A stretch of 51,900 nt of DNA, taken from Acutalibacteraceae bacterium (GTDB lineage: Bacteria; Bacillota; Clostridia; Oscillospirales; Acutalibacteraceae). The position numbers and the translations under genes were made by a program. Under the pieces are notes generated by a model, which made no database searches, was not told where the DNA came from, and saw nothing but the letters and a program-made list of their open reading frames with translations. The stretch covers positions 1 to 51,900 of the forward strand of contig JAZRJH010000179.1 in the NCBI GenBank assembly GCA_045645685.1, given 5' to 3'. Shown here one piece after another: positions 27,966 through 38,290 of this stretch (its first letter is position 1; every line of letters starts with the position of its first letter).

Positions 27966-30599
27966 GTGTCGGCGGTGAAAAAAACAGCAAGAGCATTCTT
28001 GGTGTTTGCTATTGTTTTGACAACAGTGTGTTCGCTTTTCTCTTTGAACAATATGAAAGCGTTTGCTGACTATACTCAGGTTGGTGGCGGATCAAACATT
28101 CAACCGGGCGGACCGTCTTCAGCAACAATTTATATGTATAAGGTTACGGTTTATATTAATCGTGACGGTACGGCAACAAAGGAAAGCCCTTATGGAAAAT
28201 TTAATGAGAAGGCGTTTGCATATTATTATAAAGACTCAAGAGTTACAAGGGAGTCTAAAGCGTATATTGGCGGATGTACAAAGTTTGATTATGCTGTAAA
28301 CGGCGCTTCGTTAAGTGCGACGACAATTTCCAAACTTGGAAATAAGTTGATAGCAGATAGTAGTTTGCCCACTGTGTCGGTTATTAATGACACTGAAATG
28401 AGCAATGCATTTAAAGTAATCGCCAATTACTTTGGAGGAAGTGAGGCAAAACGCTTTAGATTTGCTAGCGATGTATGTTCAAGATCAAACATAACCATTA
28501 CAAAAGACGATTCTTGGGCATTGATGGTTGAACCGACTATCAGATCATATGTCAACGGCAGATATTATTACTATACTCCAACAGAATATGCACTTGCATT
28601 GGATGGCAATAAAAATGCAGAAGGTTTCGGATCTTATGATCAATATAACTATACAATGTTGGGATACGGTTTGACATTGAACAGAGGCGCATCGGTAAGT
28701 TATATCAGTAACGGTGCGTGGTTTGGTCTTGGTTCGGGTACCGTGCAAAACACATGGAAAGATGCCCGAACAGAAAAGGCTTTCAGAAATCAAAAAAGTA
28801 CGTTTATGAAATATGCAGGTGCTTTCGTGTGGTTCAGTCAGGCTTTTGAAAACTCCGATTTCACATTGGGTTCTGTTCCTGCAAATGCAGAAAAATTCGA
28901 GGAAGAGGAAATTACAATCTCAACTCAGATAAAAAGAACCAATCCGAGCAAAGCGGGAACGGTCAATGCAACGCTTAAACTCAACAGCGGCGGTTTTACA
29001 GGTGTACAGATAACTGACGGTGCAACAAGAGCGGTCAGTTTTGCAAAGGGCGAAGACTCAAAAAACGTTTCCTGGAAAGTTAAAGTCGGATCATACGGCG
29101 ACAAATCCGCGAACAGAAGTTATACATATGACATCAACATTTCTCCTGAAGAAGGAACAAAAGATCTTAACATGAATAACAATACAATTTCGGGTCAGAT
29201 AACGCTCAAGCGTGATCTGCAGGTGACGAGTGTCACCCTGGATAATTCCGAATGTTTTGAAAATTCAAATGTTACGGTCAGATTTTCGGTAAAGAATGCA
29301 AATCCCTACAAGGCATACAGCAATGTTCCTGTTGCAATTTATTTCACCTACGGCGGAAAAGTAATCCGAATCAGTGAAACAACACTTTCCTTTGATAAGG
29401 GTGCAACCAAAAACGGAAGCTGTGTACTGAATGTTGGATGTGTTACCGATAATTCCGACCAGAGAGATACGGTTACGGTAGTTCTTAATTCTTCCAATGT
29501 TTCAGCGGAATCCGGAAGCAGGTATACCGAGCCGGTTATGACAAACAACAAACTCTCGGCAAGCGTTAAAGTCAAAAGAGATATAAATCTTTCCGTAAGT
29601 ATTGTAGACAGAAGCACATGGGAAAGTTATATCGGAAATGCACCGAGCAAGGTGAAAGAAACAGAAAAAACACAGGCAGTAACAACTTGCACTGTTACAA
29701 ATCACAGCAGATTCAATCTCTATGAATCCGACCCGATGGGTGATAAGATAACGGTTAATTTCTATGTCAACAACAAGAAGGTCGGTTCAAAATCTGTTCC
29801 CATTCCCCGTTACGGAAGCAATCTGGTATGGTTCAAATGGGACGTGCCCGACGGTTCATCTGTAACATTGAGAGCGGAAATGGTATGGAATGTTGATCAG
29901 GAAAATTCCTCGTCACCGTATGCAGATAACACCTCAAGCATAACAAAAGGCATAAAGACGGTGAACAAATTCAGCACACCCGATACCAAGCTTATGATGG
30001 AGCATGGATCGAATAAAAATTATTCAAAAGCATCAGCCTACACAAAATTCAAACCGTCGGTTGCAAAATGGTCGCAATGGATATGCAACAGTGGCGGAAC
30101 ATTCACAAGAATAGACTATGCAATGACCGGGGATTCGGCGTTGGCTCTCACACCCATGAAGTCGGCTGAATATTATGACGGAAACACGATTGCATCAGGT
30201 TCTGCGCTTTCGGCAGTGTTCTCGTATACCGTGAGAACGGAATGCAGTGAAGCAGGCTACAATGTTTCACCCAATGATTATACATATGCACAGAATGTAG
30301 TTGCAATGTTCCCTGAATTCCAATATACAAATTCAGGAGATTGCAGAACGATGTATCTTGTGAAAGAGGACGGAAATCTCGGAAATGCTTCGTTCTGTTT
30401 AGAGAAAAATCCGTATATAGAGGATAAGCAAAGAGTACACTTTACTCCGTCGAATATGCCTGACGGAGAATACAAAGTAGGCGTAGTGGCAAGTTCAATG
30501 TGGACGCCTGCAGGACCGATTTATGTCAATGCCGCTTCTTCGGTTATGATAAACGGTTCTGTCTATGATGACTGGAGCCCCAACGCTTCGGTAAGATGA
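27966..30599 (+). CDS. Large exported beta-rich protein with CARDB-like repeats (candidate pilus-associated adhesin)
   Basis: Signal peptide ending AFA; repeated DL-x-V...NN motifs; last gene of the Tad block. Confidence 0.75.
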   Translation: MSAVKKTARAFLVFAIVLTTVCSLFSLNNMKAFADYTQVGGGSNIQPGGPSSATIYMYKVTVYINRDGTATKESPYGKFNEKAFAYYYKDSRVTRESKAYIGGCTKFDYAVNGASLSATTISKLGNKLIADSSLPTVSVINDTEMSNAFKVIANYFGGSEAKRFRFASDVCSRSNITITKDDSWALMVEPTIRSYVNGRYYYYTPTEYALALDGNKNAEGFGSYDQYNYTMLGYGLTLNRGASVSYISNGAWFGLGSGTVQNTWKDARTEKAFRNQKSTFMKYAGAFVWFSQAFENSDFTLGSVPANAEKFEEEEITISTQIKRTNPSKAGTVNATLKLNSGGFTGVQITDGATRAVSFAKGEDSKNVSWKVKVGSYGDKSANRSYTYDINISPEEGTKDLNMNNNTISGQITLKRDLQVTSVTLDNSECFENSNVTVRFSVKNANPYKAYSNVPVAIYFTYGGKVIRISETTLSFDKGATKNGSCVLNVGCVTDNSDQRDTVTVVLNSSNVSAESGSRYTEPVMTNNKLSASVKVKRDINLSVSIVDRSTWESYIGNAPSKVKETEKTQAVTTCTVTNHSRFNLYESDPMGDKITVNFYVNNKKVGSKSVPIPRYGSNLVWFKWDVPDGSSVTLRAEMVWNVDQENSSSPYADNTSSITKGIKTVNKFSTPDTKLMMEHGSNKNYSKASAYTKFKPSVAKWSQWICNSGGTFTRIDYAMTGDSALALTPMKSAEYYDGNTIASGSALSAVFSYTVRTECSEAGYNVSPNDYTYAQNVVAMFPEFQYTNSGDCRTMYLVKEDGNLGNASFCLEKNPYIEDKQRVHFTPSNMPDGEYKVGVVASSMWTPAGPIYVNAASSVMINGSVYDDWSPNASVR

Positions 30600-30621
30600 A
30601 AATTTCAAATGAAGGGATGGC

Positions 30622-32046
30622 TTGCAAATGAATAACAGCAATACACAAGCCTTGGTTACGTTAAACAGAAGCAAGACTTCTCTTGTGTATGATATCAATG
30701 AAAAAAGTATTTTCTCTCCTTCAGGTTACAAGCTGCTTCAGAGTCATGCTTCGAAGGGATTTGTAAAATGCAGCAAAAGTTCCATTAACGGTAAGATAAG
30801 ACTGATTTACGATGTGTCTTCGTTATCAACACTTCAGGATGCAATGAAAAATATATACAGCAAGCAATATCTGGCGGTTATATATAATGTTCTCTCGATT
30901 GTTCTTGAGCTCAGGAATATGGATCTTATGCACAGAGAAAATATAAGTCTTAATCCCAAGGATATTTTTATTGATAAACAGACTTTCAAGGCATATTTTA
31001 TCTATTTGCCTGTTGAAAGAGAATCGTCTCCAAGCGCACATATTATATTTGAAAAAAACATAAGGGAATTACTTGGAGATTTTGTTTTGAAAAACCCCGA
31101 AGGAATGTCATCTTTTACAGTTCAGATTTGTAAAGAGTTGATGAATTTCAGAATTAACACTCAGGAAATTATCAATAAACTGCAAACAGAAGATGTTGCT
31201 ACAGTGTCACCTGAAACCGGTTACAAGACCGGAGCACCATCTGAATCGGAGAAATCGTCCTTCTCGCAAAAAGTAGAATCCCGGCCATATGCAGCTGTTA
31301 ATGATACTTCAAAGCCGAAGGTTGAACGACCTGTCAGCGTTGCAAAAAACAATGAATCGTTGAAGAAGGAAGACAATCCTGTATCTTCGGAGAGAGAAAT
31401 AAACGCTCTTCTTCAAAGTATGTCAGCGAAATCTTACAACTCAACTAATCCCAACAATCAGCGCATGGTTGAGAAAGTAGTAAAAAAAGAAAAAAAGAAA
31501 ATGAAAAAGGAAACAGCGAGCGTACTTGTTTTCTTCTCATGTTATATTCCGATTCTTCTTGTTGCGCTGTTTGTAATTTTTAATTATTACAAAAACTCAG
31601 GCATGAACGGTGCTTTTGTGTTCTTCATAATTGCTGTATTCATGTTTGTTTTTATGGCTCCTGTAATGTTTTTCTCTCGAAAGAACAAGAAAGAAGAAGA
31701 AACAACAATTTACGAGCCGTTTGTTCCTTCGTCAAGAACAGGATTCAGACCTTTTGCAATAGTCAGCGTTTCAAATGCCATGACGATGGAGTTTTTTATA
31801 AACAAGAAGGAATATATTATCGGTAAAATGCCTGATTGTGTGGACGGGACAATTCCTTTTGATAAAACAGTTTCGGATATGCATTGTAAAATTGTATGGG
31901 ACGACGGCTGGTTTATTCAGGATCTTAACAGCGATTACGGAACTTTTGTGGACGAGATAAGAGTTGTTCCCGGACAAAAATTCCCCTTAAAAGAAGGCAA
32001 TAAAATAAAAATCTCGAAAAACTATTTTGAGGTTAAAATGTTTTGA
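30622..32046 (+). CDS. Membrane protein with N-terminal DUF6382-like (pseudokinase-like) domain, two TM helices and C-terminal FHA
   Basis: RLIYDVSSLSTL...ISLNPKDIFID...FIYLP; two TM segments; IIGK...SDMHC...DLNSDYGTF. Confidence 0.82.
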   Translation: MQMNNSNTQALVTLNRSKTSLVYDINEKSIFSPSGYKLLQSHASKGFVKCSKSSINGKIRLIYDVSSLSTLQDAMKNIYSKQYLAVIYNVLSIVLELRNMDLMHRENISLNPKDIFIDKQTFKAYFIYLPVERESSPSAHIIFEKNIRELLGDFVLKNPEGMSSFTVQICKELMNFRINTQEIINKLQTEDVATVSPETGYKTGAPSESEKSSFSQKVESRPYAAVNDTSKPKVERPVSVAKNNESLKKEDNPVSSEREINALLQSMSAKSYNSTNPNNQRMVEKVVKKEKKKMKKETASVLVFFSCYIPILLVALFVIFNYYKNSGMNGAFVFFIIAVFMFVFMAPVMFFSRKNKKEEETTIYEPFVPSSRTGFRPFAIVSVSNAMTMEFFINKKEYIIGKMPDCVDGTIPFDKTVSDMHCKIVWDDGWFIQDLNSDYGTFVDEIRVVPGQKFPLKEGNKIKISKNYFEVKMF

Positions 32047-32057
32047 GGAGTGATTGC

Positions 32058-33083
32058 TTGAAAAAAATTAAAATTGCAGTTGTTTCTTCAAACGAAAGTT
32101 TTGCTTTGCAAATAAATGATAAGCTCAAAGAAAAAACAGGCGATAGTTCGGAAGTTTTTATAATAACTCAAAGGGAATATATCAGGGAGTTCTTTTCGCA
32201 GTCTCCCAAAATGGCTGTGCTTCTTATTGAAGAAAATTTATATTCCGACGTTGTTGAGAAAAACAATATTGACCTTATATGCATTCTGAAAGATAGTATT
32301 GATGAGTGCCAGAACGCAAAAACGGGCTTTGTTTACAATATTTATAAAGGTGAGAAAACCGAGAAAATAATTGAAACAATGCTTTCAACTATAAATCCCG
32401 CACGGTACAGTAACGATTCGGACGGCGATGGGTGCAAGGTTGTTCTGGTAACATCACCGATTGGCGGAAGCGGCAAGACGCTTGTCGCATCTGCAATTGC
32501 ACAGTGTCTTGCAAAAAACGGGATGAAGGTTCTTTTTGCGGATACAACCTGTTTTCAATCGGCTTCTTACTGGATAAAAAATAAAAGAAAAGCAAGTGAT
32601 GAATATATTCTCGATAATTTCAGCGCAAGCACAGTCGATAATATAGTTGAACATGACGATATTCATCATATAGCTTTCTTTTCGCAGGTTTTACCTGCAT
32701 TGAGCATAAAAGCGGAAGATTATTACGAATTAATAAAAGCGGAAAAACTCAGAAACGATTATGATTATATAATTGTTGACAGCGAAACGTGTTTCACAGA
32801 GGGACTGATAAATATTATGTCTATGGCTGATTACACGGTTGTTATTGCTCTTCAGGATGAATTTTCTTCATTCAAATTAAAGAAGTTTCTGGATAACTTT
32901 GATTGTTCAGGTTATATGCTTTGCTGTAACAAATTTTGCATTGATAAGAAAAATTATCTTAAAAGCGGGATGGATACATTGCCTGTCAGTGTTTATATAC
33001 CAATGTTCAACACCAACGGTGCACAGCTGTCGGATATTTGTCAGATGAAATGTATACATCGGATTGTTTCAAGTTTGTTTTAA
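32058..33083 (+). CDS. Second TadZ/CpaE-like ParA-family ATPase with receiver-like N-terminus
   Basis: SPIGGSGKT P-loop, KVLFAD, YDYIIVD. Confidence 0.85.
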   Translation: MKKIKIAVVSSNESFALQINDKLKEKTGDSSEVFIITQREYIREFFSQSPKMAVLLIEENLYSDVVEKNNIDLICILKDSIDECQNAKTGFVYNIYKGEKTEKIIETMLSTINPARYSNDSDGDGCKVVLVTSPIGGSGKTLVASAIAQCLAKNGMKVLFADTTCFQSASYWIKNKRKASDEYILDNFSASTVDNIVEHDDIHHIAFFSQVLPALSIKAEDYYELIKAEKLRNDYDYIIVDSETCFTEGLINIMSMADYTVVIALQDEFSSFKLKKFLDNFDCSGYMLCCNKFCIDKKNYLKSGMDTLPVSVYIPMFNTNGAQLSDICQMKCIHRIVSSLF

Positions 33084-33101
33084 CAGGAGATGTGAACAGT
33101 A

Positions 33102-33353
33102 ATGGATAAAAAAACTATAGTTGTCTTGGTTTGCGATCATCGCAATTCAACAGAAACTGATGTTGAAATTCCGGTTAATATCAGTGCCAATGAGTTGATT
33201 GTTGCGATAAATGAGAGTTTCCATCTGGGAATGGATACAGATAATTTATATAAATGCTTTCTCAGTGCCGAAAATCCTATTGCCTTGCTCAAAGGAGACA
33301 AAACCATTGATGAGTTTGGCCTTCATGACGGAACTGTAATTCATTTGATATAA
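33102..33353 (+). CDS. esaB: EsaB/YukD ubiquitin-like T7SS component
   Basis: 83 aa; DVEIP...KTIDEFGLHDGTVIHL pattern; immediately upstream of essC. Confidence 0.9.
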   Translation: MDKKTIVVLVCDHRNSTETDVEIPVNISANELIVAINESFHLGMDTDNLYKCFLSAENPIALLKGDKTIDEFGLHDGTVIHLI

Positions 33354-33363
33354 GGGGTTAATT

Positions 33364-36300
33364 ATGGAGACGACATATAAAATTACTCTGTTCAATAAAA
33401 GAGTATACAAAGAAATAGAGCTTTCATCGGAACGCAATGCAATAGCTATAGGAACTGACAAATCGTGTGATGTAAGATTTAATCCTGAGGCGTTTTCAGG
33501 TGATTTCAAACTGATGGTCAGACGTACTAACAACGGCTGGCAGCTCAGGTGCGGAGAAAATATTTATATTTCTGATTCCGGTGCTATGAAATATGTATCC
33601 AAAGGTTTGGAACACGGTGATACTTTTTCGATAAGATATCAGAATAACAATCAGGAAATTCTGGCACTCACATTTACTCTTAGTTTTGATGCCGAAAATT
33701 TTGATTATAACAGAAAGATTGATATATCGGGAAAAAGCAGCGTTTCGTTCGGCGCATCACAGTCATGTGACGTGGTTTTTTCGGATGAACTCATGGAACC
33801 ATATGAATTTTCGCTTCAGAACGAAAACGGAACATGGATTGTTGCCGATAACGGAAGCAAATACGGAGTTTTTATTAACGGTCAGCGCATAATGCGATCC
33901 CAGCCGATTTCGGACTATATGTTTTTTTCTGTTCTTGGATACAGCTTCTATTTAAAAGAGAATTTCATTTATTTTGACAGCTCGCTGAAAATACAGCTTA
34001 ATAATAATCTGCATGCCGAACCGCTTCACAGAATTGGCAGTTGTTTGGAATATCCGAAATTCAACCGAAACACAAGACTTAAATATGTTGTTTCGCAAGA
34101 AGGAATTCCAATTCTTGATCCCGACAAAAAGCCCGACAAGCCTAAAAGCAATTTCTTGATGTCGTTGATTCCGTCTTTGATGTCGATTTTTCTTGTTATA
34201 TTCGTAAGGGGCGGTGCGCTTTCGGGGCAGGGTGGATTTCTTGAAAATCTTTCGGGGAACTCATATATTCTGTTCAGTATTTGCACCATGGGTGTCGGTA
34301 TCATAACATCAATCTTGAGTATGATAAACGGTAAAAAGGACTATCGTGAAACTGTACGCAAGAGAGAAACGGTATATATGAAGTATATCGAGAGAAAAGG
34401 CAAGGAAATCGATGAGATCCGCCATCAGGAAAAAGACCTTCTCGGCGATATATATGTTTCCGTCGAGGACGAGCTTGAACAGGTAAGAGAGTTTTCAGGT
34501 GATCTTTTCGACAGAACCGTTGAAGACGAGGACTTCCTTCATGTCAGATTGGGTGTCGGAAATCTGCCCGCACTCAGGCAGATTGATTATAAAAAGCAAG
34601 AAAGAATCGAAACCACAGATGCTCTTCTTAATAAACCTGAAGATCTTCATAACGAGTTTAAAAACCTTGACAATGTACCTGTCGTTTCTAAGTTTGCACA
34701 GCTTAATTCAGTAGGCGTAGTTGGTGATGATGAGCTTCTTTACAGAATAATGAAGAACATGATTATCGACTTGTGTGTCAGACATTATTATAATGATGTC
34801 AAATTATTCTTCATTCTTTCTGAAGAACATTCAATGAGATTTTATTGGGCCAGATGGTTCAAAAATATTTATAATGAATCCTTGGGTGTCAGAAATATTG
34901 TTTGCGATGACGAAAGTAAAAACAATCTTTTTGAATACCTTTATGTTGAACTTTCAAGACGTGAATCAAGCAAAACAAGCTATCCTCATGTTGTTGTGAT
35001 GGTTTTTGATGATGTTGGCATCAAACTTCATCCCCTTTCAAAATATATCGAGAAAGCTAACTCGCTTGGTTTCACTTTTGTGTTCTTTGAAAATTTCAAA
35101 GAATTGCTCCCGCAGGGATGCCAGGATATTGTTATCCTTAATCCCGATGGAATGAGCGGCAGAGTTTTTCCGTCGTCTGATGTTAACAGCGGTGTGGATT
35201 TCAACTATTCTACAATATCAGATGAGGATGCATTGTTCATTGCTCAAAGACTTGCCCCCGTATATTGCGAAGAAGTTGGTCTCGAAAGTTCACTCACAAA
35301 GAATATAACACTGTTTAAACTTTTGGGTATACATTCAGCTGAAGACCTCGATCTTACAAGCAGATGGAAATCGTCACAGGTCTTTAAAACCATGGCGGCA
35401 CCGCTTGGCGTTATGCGAAAAAACGAAGTGGTATCGCTTGACCTTCATGAAAAGTTCCATGGACCGCACGGACTTGTTGCGGGTACAACCGGTTCCGGTA
35501 AGAGTGAAATCCTTCAGAGTTATGTTTTGTCAATGGCAACATTGTTTCATCCGTATGAAGTAAGTTTTGTAATGATTGACTTCAAGGGTGGCGGTATGGT
35601 AAATCAGTTTAAGAATTTACCTCATCTTATCGGCGCAATTACAAATATTGATGGTGCAGAAATAAACAGATCCTTGCTTTCCATTAAAGCAGAACTTCTC
35701 AAAAGACAGAACTTGTTTGCTGAAATGGATGTTAACCACATCGATCAGTACATAAAAAAATATAAAGCAAACGAAGCAAAAGTTCCTCTTCCCCATCTTA
35801 TAATTATTGTTGACGAATTTGCTGAACTTAAAGCGGATCAGCCTGAGTTCATGAAAGAGCTTATCAGTGCGGCCCGTATAGGACGAAGCCTTGGTGTTCA
35901 TCTTATTCTTGCAACTCAGAAGCCTGCAGGTCAGGTTAATGATCAGATCTGGAGTAACTCCAAATTCAAGCTTTGTCTTAAGGTTCAGACCAAGGAAGAC
36001 ACTAATGAAGTTCTTAAGAGTCCTCTTGCTGCAGAAATCAAAGAACCCGGACGAGCCTATCTTCAGGTTGGTAACAATGAAATCTTCGAATTGTTCCAGT
36101 CAGCATACAGTGGTGCTCCTGCGGTAGTAAGTGATGAAGGTCTTAAAAATGAATTTAAGATTTCTGCGGTTGATTTCTCCGGTGCAAAGAAACTTATCTA
36201 TGAACATAAGAATAAGAAGAGTGAGAAGGAATCCGAAACACAGCTTCAGGCTATTGTAAATTATGTTGAAGCTTATTGTGAGAGTCAATCAATTGAAAAA

Positions 36301-37938
36301 CTTCCGAGCATATGCTTGCCGCCGCTTGAAGAAATAATCGATGCAGACAAGGCGTCTGTTATGGACGATGAATTTGTCAACTCAAAAGTTCCTATCGGTA
36401 TTTATGATGATCCCGCACATCAGTATCAGGGTGAAATCAACCTTGATCTTGCAGAGGAAAATGTCATGATAATCGGTTCTTCAAGATGCGGAAAAACAAA
36501 CTTCCTTCAGCTTATTATCCGTTCGCTTGCAAGCCGATTCTCACCTGATGAGGTTAATATCTACATCCTTGATTTTGCTTCAATGGTTCTCAAGAATTTT
36601 GAAAAACTTAACCATGTCGGCGGTGTAGTTTGTGCATCCGATGACGAAAAACTTAAGAATTTCTTCAAGCTTATCAACTCGGAAATTGCTTCAAGAAAGA
36701 AAAAACTTGTTGAAGTCGGCGTAAGTTCATTCGGCGCTTACCGAGAAGCAGGATATACAGATATGCCTCAAATTGTTATTCTTGTTGATAATTTTACTGC
36801 TATGAAGGAAATGTATCTTGATGATGAAGATCCGTTTGTAATTATATGCAGAGAAGGTCTTTCAGTTGGAATATCGGTAGTTGTTTCTAATTCTCAAACA
36901 GGAGGAATTGGATACAAATATATTTCAAATTTTTCATCAAGGGTGGCTTTGCATTGTAATGATTCTTCAGAATATAGTTCATTGCTGGAATTTTGCAGAA
37001 AAAAGCCTAAAAATGTTCCCGGAAGATGTATTGTTTCCTATCAAAAAGAATATTTTGATTGTCAGATTTACAGAGCTTTCATTGGCGAAAAAGAAATTGA
37101 TCGCGTTAAGGAAATGAAGGATTTTGTTAGTAAAATTAACGAAAAGAATGTTGGTAAATACGCTAAAAAGATTCCTGAAATTCCCGAAGTACTTACTTTC
37201 AATTATCTTAAAAACAACTATGATTGTAATTTTGCTGGTTACAAATATCCTCTTGCACTTGAGTATTCCAATGTTACTCTTGTTTCTGTTGACCTTAAGG
37301 CGATGAATGAATTCAGCATTGTTGGTAATGATTCAAAAAGAAATATATCTGTGTTGAACTGTTTGCTTTACCAGATTAACGAAAAAATATTTGACAAACC
37401 TGTAAAAATGTATATTTTTGATGCTGTAGAACGACCTTTGAAAAAATATGCAGACAAAGTTTATGTTGAGCGTTATACGATTGATTATAGTGAAATCAAT
37501 TCCGTCTTTGACGAGATTATGGCAGAGATGGAGGAAAGACATAAATTTATAGTCAATGGAGAAACAGACAAATTATCAAAGTGTCATCAGATTGTTGTTA
37601 TTATAAACAATAAAGATGCAATAGAGTATATTTCAAGCAATAAATCTACATTTGAACAGTACAAGAAGATGATCAAGCAATTTAAAGCTACGGGATTATC
37701 AGTTATATTCTCTGACATTGAAGATGTGTCAGCTGGTTTCGGTGCTCCGGAGTTGCTTAAGCATCTGAGAGAAGGTAAAAAATCAATCATTACAAGCAAT
37801 ATACATGAAGCTAAGTTCTGTGATTTGCCTTCAGGTATAAATAGAACTTATAAGAAAGTTAATCCCAATGATTGCTTCCTGTTGAATGGTTCTGATTTGT
37901 TGAGAATTAAAATTTCAGAAGGAGAGAAAGAGGTATGA
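33364..37938 (+). CDS. essC: Type VII secretion ATPase EssC/YukB (FtsK/SpoIIIE family)
   Basis: Two FHA-like N-terminal domains, two TM; HGPHGLVAGTTGSGKSE, IDFKGGGM, IIVDEFAEL, ARIGRSLGVHLILATQKP; second P-loop GSSRCGKT; degenerate third ATPase domain. Confidence 0.97.
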   Translation: METTYKITLFNKRVYKEIELSSERNAIAIGTDKSCDVRFNPEAFSGDFKLMVRRTNNGWQLRCGENIYISDSGAMKYVSKGLEHGDTFSIRYQNNNQEILALTFTLSFDAENFDYNRKIDISGKSSVSFGASQSCDVVFSDELMEPYEFSLQNENGTWIVADNGSKYGVFINGQRIMRSQPISDYMFFSVLGYSFYLKENFIYFDSSLKIQLNNNLHAEPLHRIGSCLEYPKFNRNTRLKYVVSQEGIPILDPDKKPDKPKSNFLMSLIPSLMSIFLVIFVRGGALSGQGGFLENLSGNSYILFSICTMGVGIITSILSMINGKKDYRETVRKRETVYMKYIERKGKEIDEIRHQEKDLLGDIYVSVEDELEQVREFSGDLFDRTVEDEDFLHVRLGVGNLPALRQIDYKKQERIETTDALLNKPEDLHNEFKNLDNVPVVSKFAQLNSVGVVGDDELLYRIMKNMIIDLCVRHYYNDVKLFFILSEEHSMRFYWARWFKNIYNESLGVRNIVCDDESKNNLFEYLYVELSRRESSKTSYPHVVVMVFDDVGIKLHPLSKYIEKANSLGFTFVFFENFKELLPQGCQDIVILNPDGMSGRVFPSSDVNSGVDFNYSTISDEDALFIAQRLAPVYCEEVGLESSLTKNITLFKLLGIHSAEDLDLTSRWKSSQVFKTMAAPLGVMRKNEVVSLDLHEKFHGPHGLVAGTTGSGKSEILQSYVLSMATLFHPYEVSFVMIDFKGGGMVNQFKNLPHLIGAITNIDGAEINRSLLSIKAELLKRQNLFAEMDVNHIDQYIKKYKANEAKVPLPHLIIIVDEFAELKADQPEFMKELISAARIGRSLGVHLILATQKPAGQVNDQIWSNSKFKLCLKVQTKEDTNEVLKSPLAAEIKEPGRAYLQVGNNEIFELFQSAYSGAPAVVSDEGLKNEFKISAVDFSGAKKLIYEHKNKKSEKESETQLQAIVNYVEAYCESQSIEKLPSICLPPLEEIIDADKASVMDDEFVNSKVPIGIYDDPAHQYQGEINLDLAEENVMIIGSSRCGKTNFLQLIIRSLASRFSPDEVNIYILDFASMVLKNFEKLNHVGGVVCASDDEKLKNFFKLINSEIASRKKKLVEVGVSSFGAYREAGYTDMPQIVILVDNFTAMKEMYLDDEDPFVIICREGLSVGISVVVSNSQTGGIGYKYISNFSSRVALHCNDSSEYSSLLEFCRKKPKNVPGRCIVSYQKEYFDCQIYRAFIGEKEIDRVKEMKDFVSKINEKNVGKYAKKIPEIPEVLTFNYLKNNYDCNFAGYKYPLALEYSNVTLVSVDLKAMNEFSIVGNDSKRNISVLNCLLYQINEKIFDKPVKMYIFDAVERPLKKYADKVYVERYTIDYSEINSVFDEIMAEMEERHKFIVNGETDKLSKCHQIVVIINNKDAIEYISSNKSTFEQYKKMIKQFKATGLSVIFSDIEDVSAGFGAPELLKHLREGKKSIITSNIHEAKFCDLPSGINRTYKKVNPNDCFLLNGSDLLRIKISEGEKEV

Positions 37939-38276
37939 GCGAATATTATGCTTATTCATCAAAAGCTTCGGACGGTGATTTCAAGTTAGATACCAGTGGC
38001 TTTGATGCGGTAATAAACGAAAGCAAGAGAATCGCCGAAAAGGTGAGAACCTTGAAGTCAGACATGGATATAGCCAAATCAAACCTTATGTATTCTTGGT
38101 CGGGTAAAGGCGCAGACACTTTCGAAAAGAAATATAATATCCTCAGTCAACAGTTTGATGACTTGAAAGAGAGCTTTTATGATATATATGAAAGTCTTGT
38201 TGAAATAGAAAAATCCTATATTCAAGCAGATACAGATATGTCGAAAGCTCTCGATGGTAGGGACAGCAGATATTAA
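37935..38276 (+). CDS. WXG100-family protein
   Basis: 113 aa helical; central WSG; C-terminal YIQAD (YxxxD). Confidence 0.9.
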   Translation: MSEYYAYSSKASDGDFKLDTSGFDAVINESKRIAEKVRTLKSDMDIAKSNLMYSWSGKGADTFEKKYNILSQQFDDLKESFYDIYESLVEIEKSYIQADTDMSKALDGRDSRY

Positions 38277-38290
38277 TAGGAGGTGTTTTG

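Noticed and set aside
33364-37938. FtsK/SpoIIIE DNA translocase
   Set aside because: FHA-like N-terminus, tandem ATPase domains and flanking yukD and WXG100 genes identify it as EssC.
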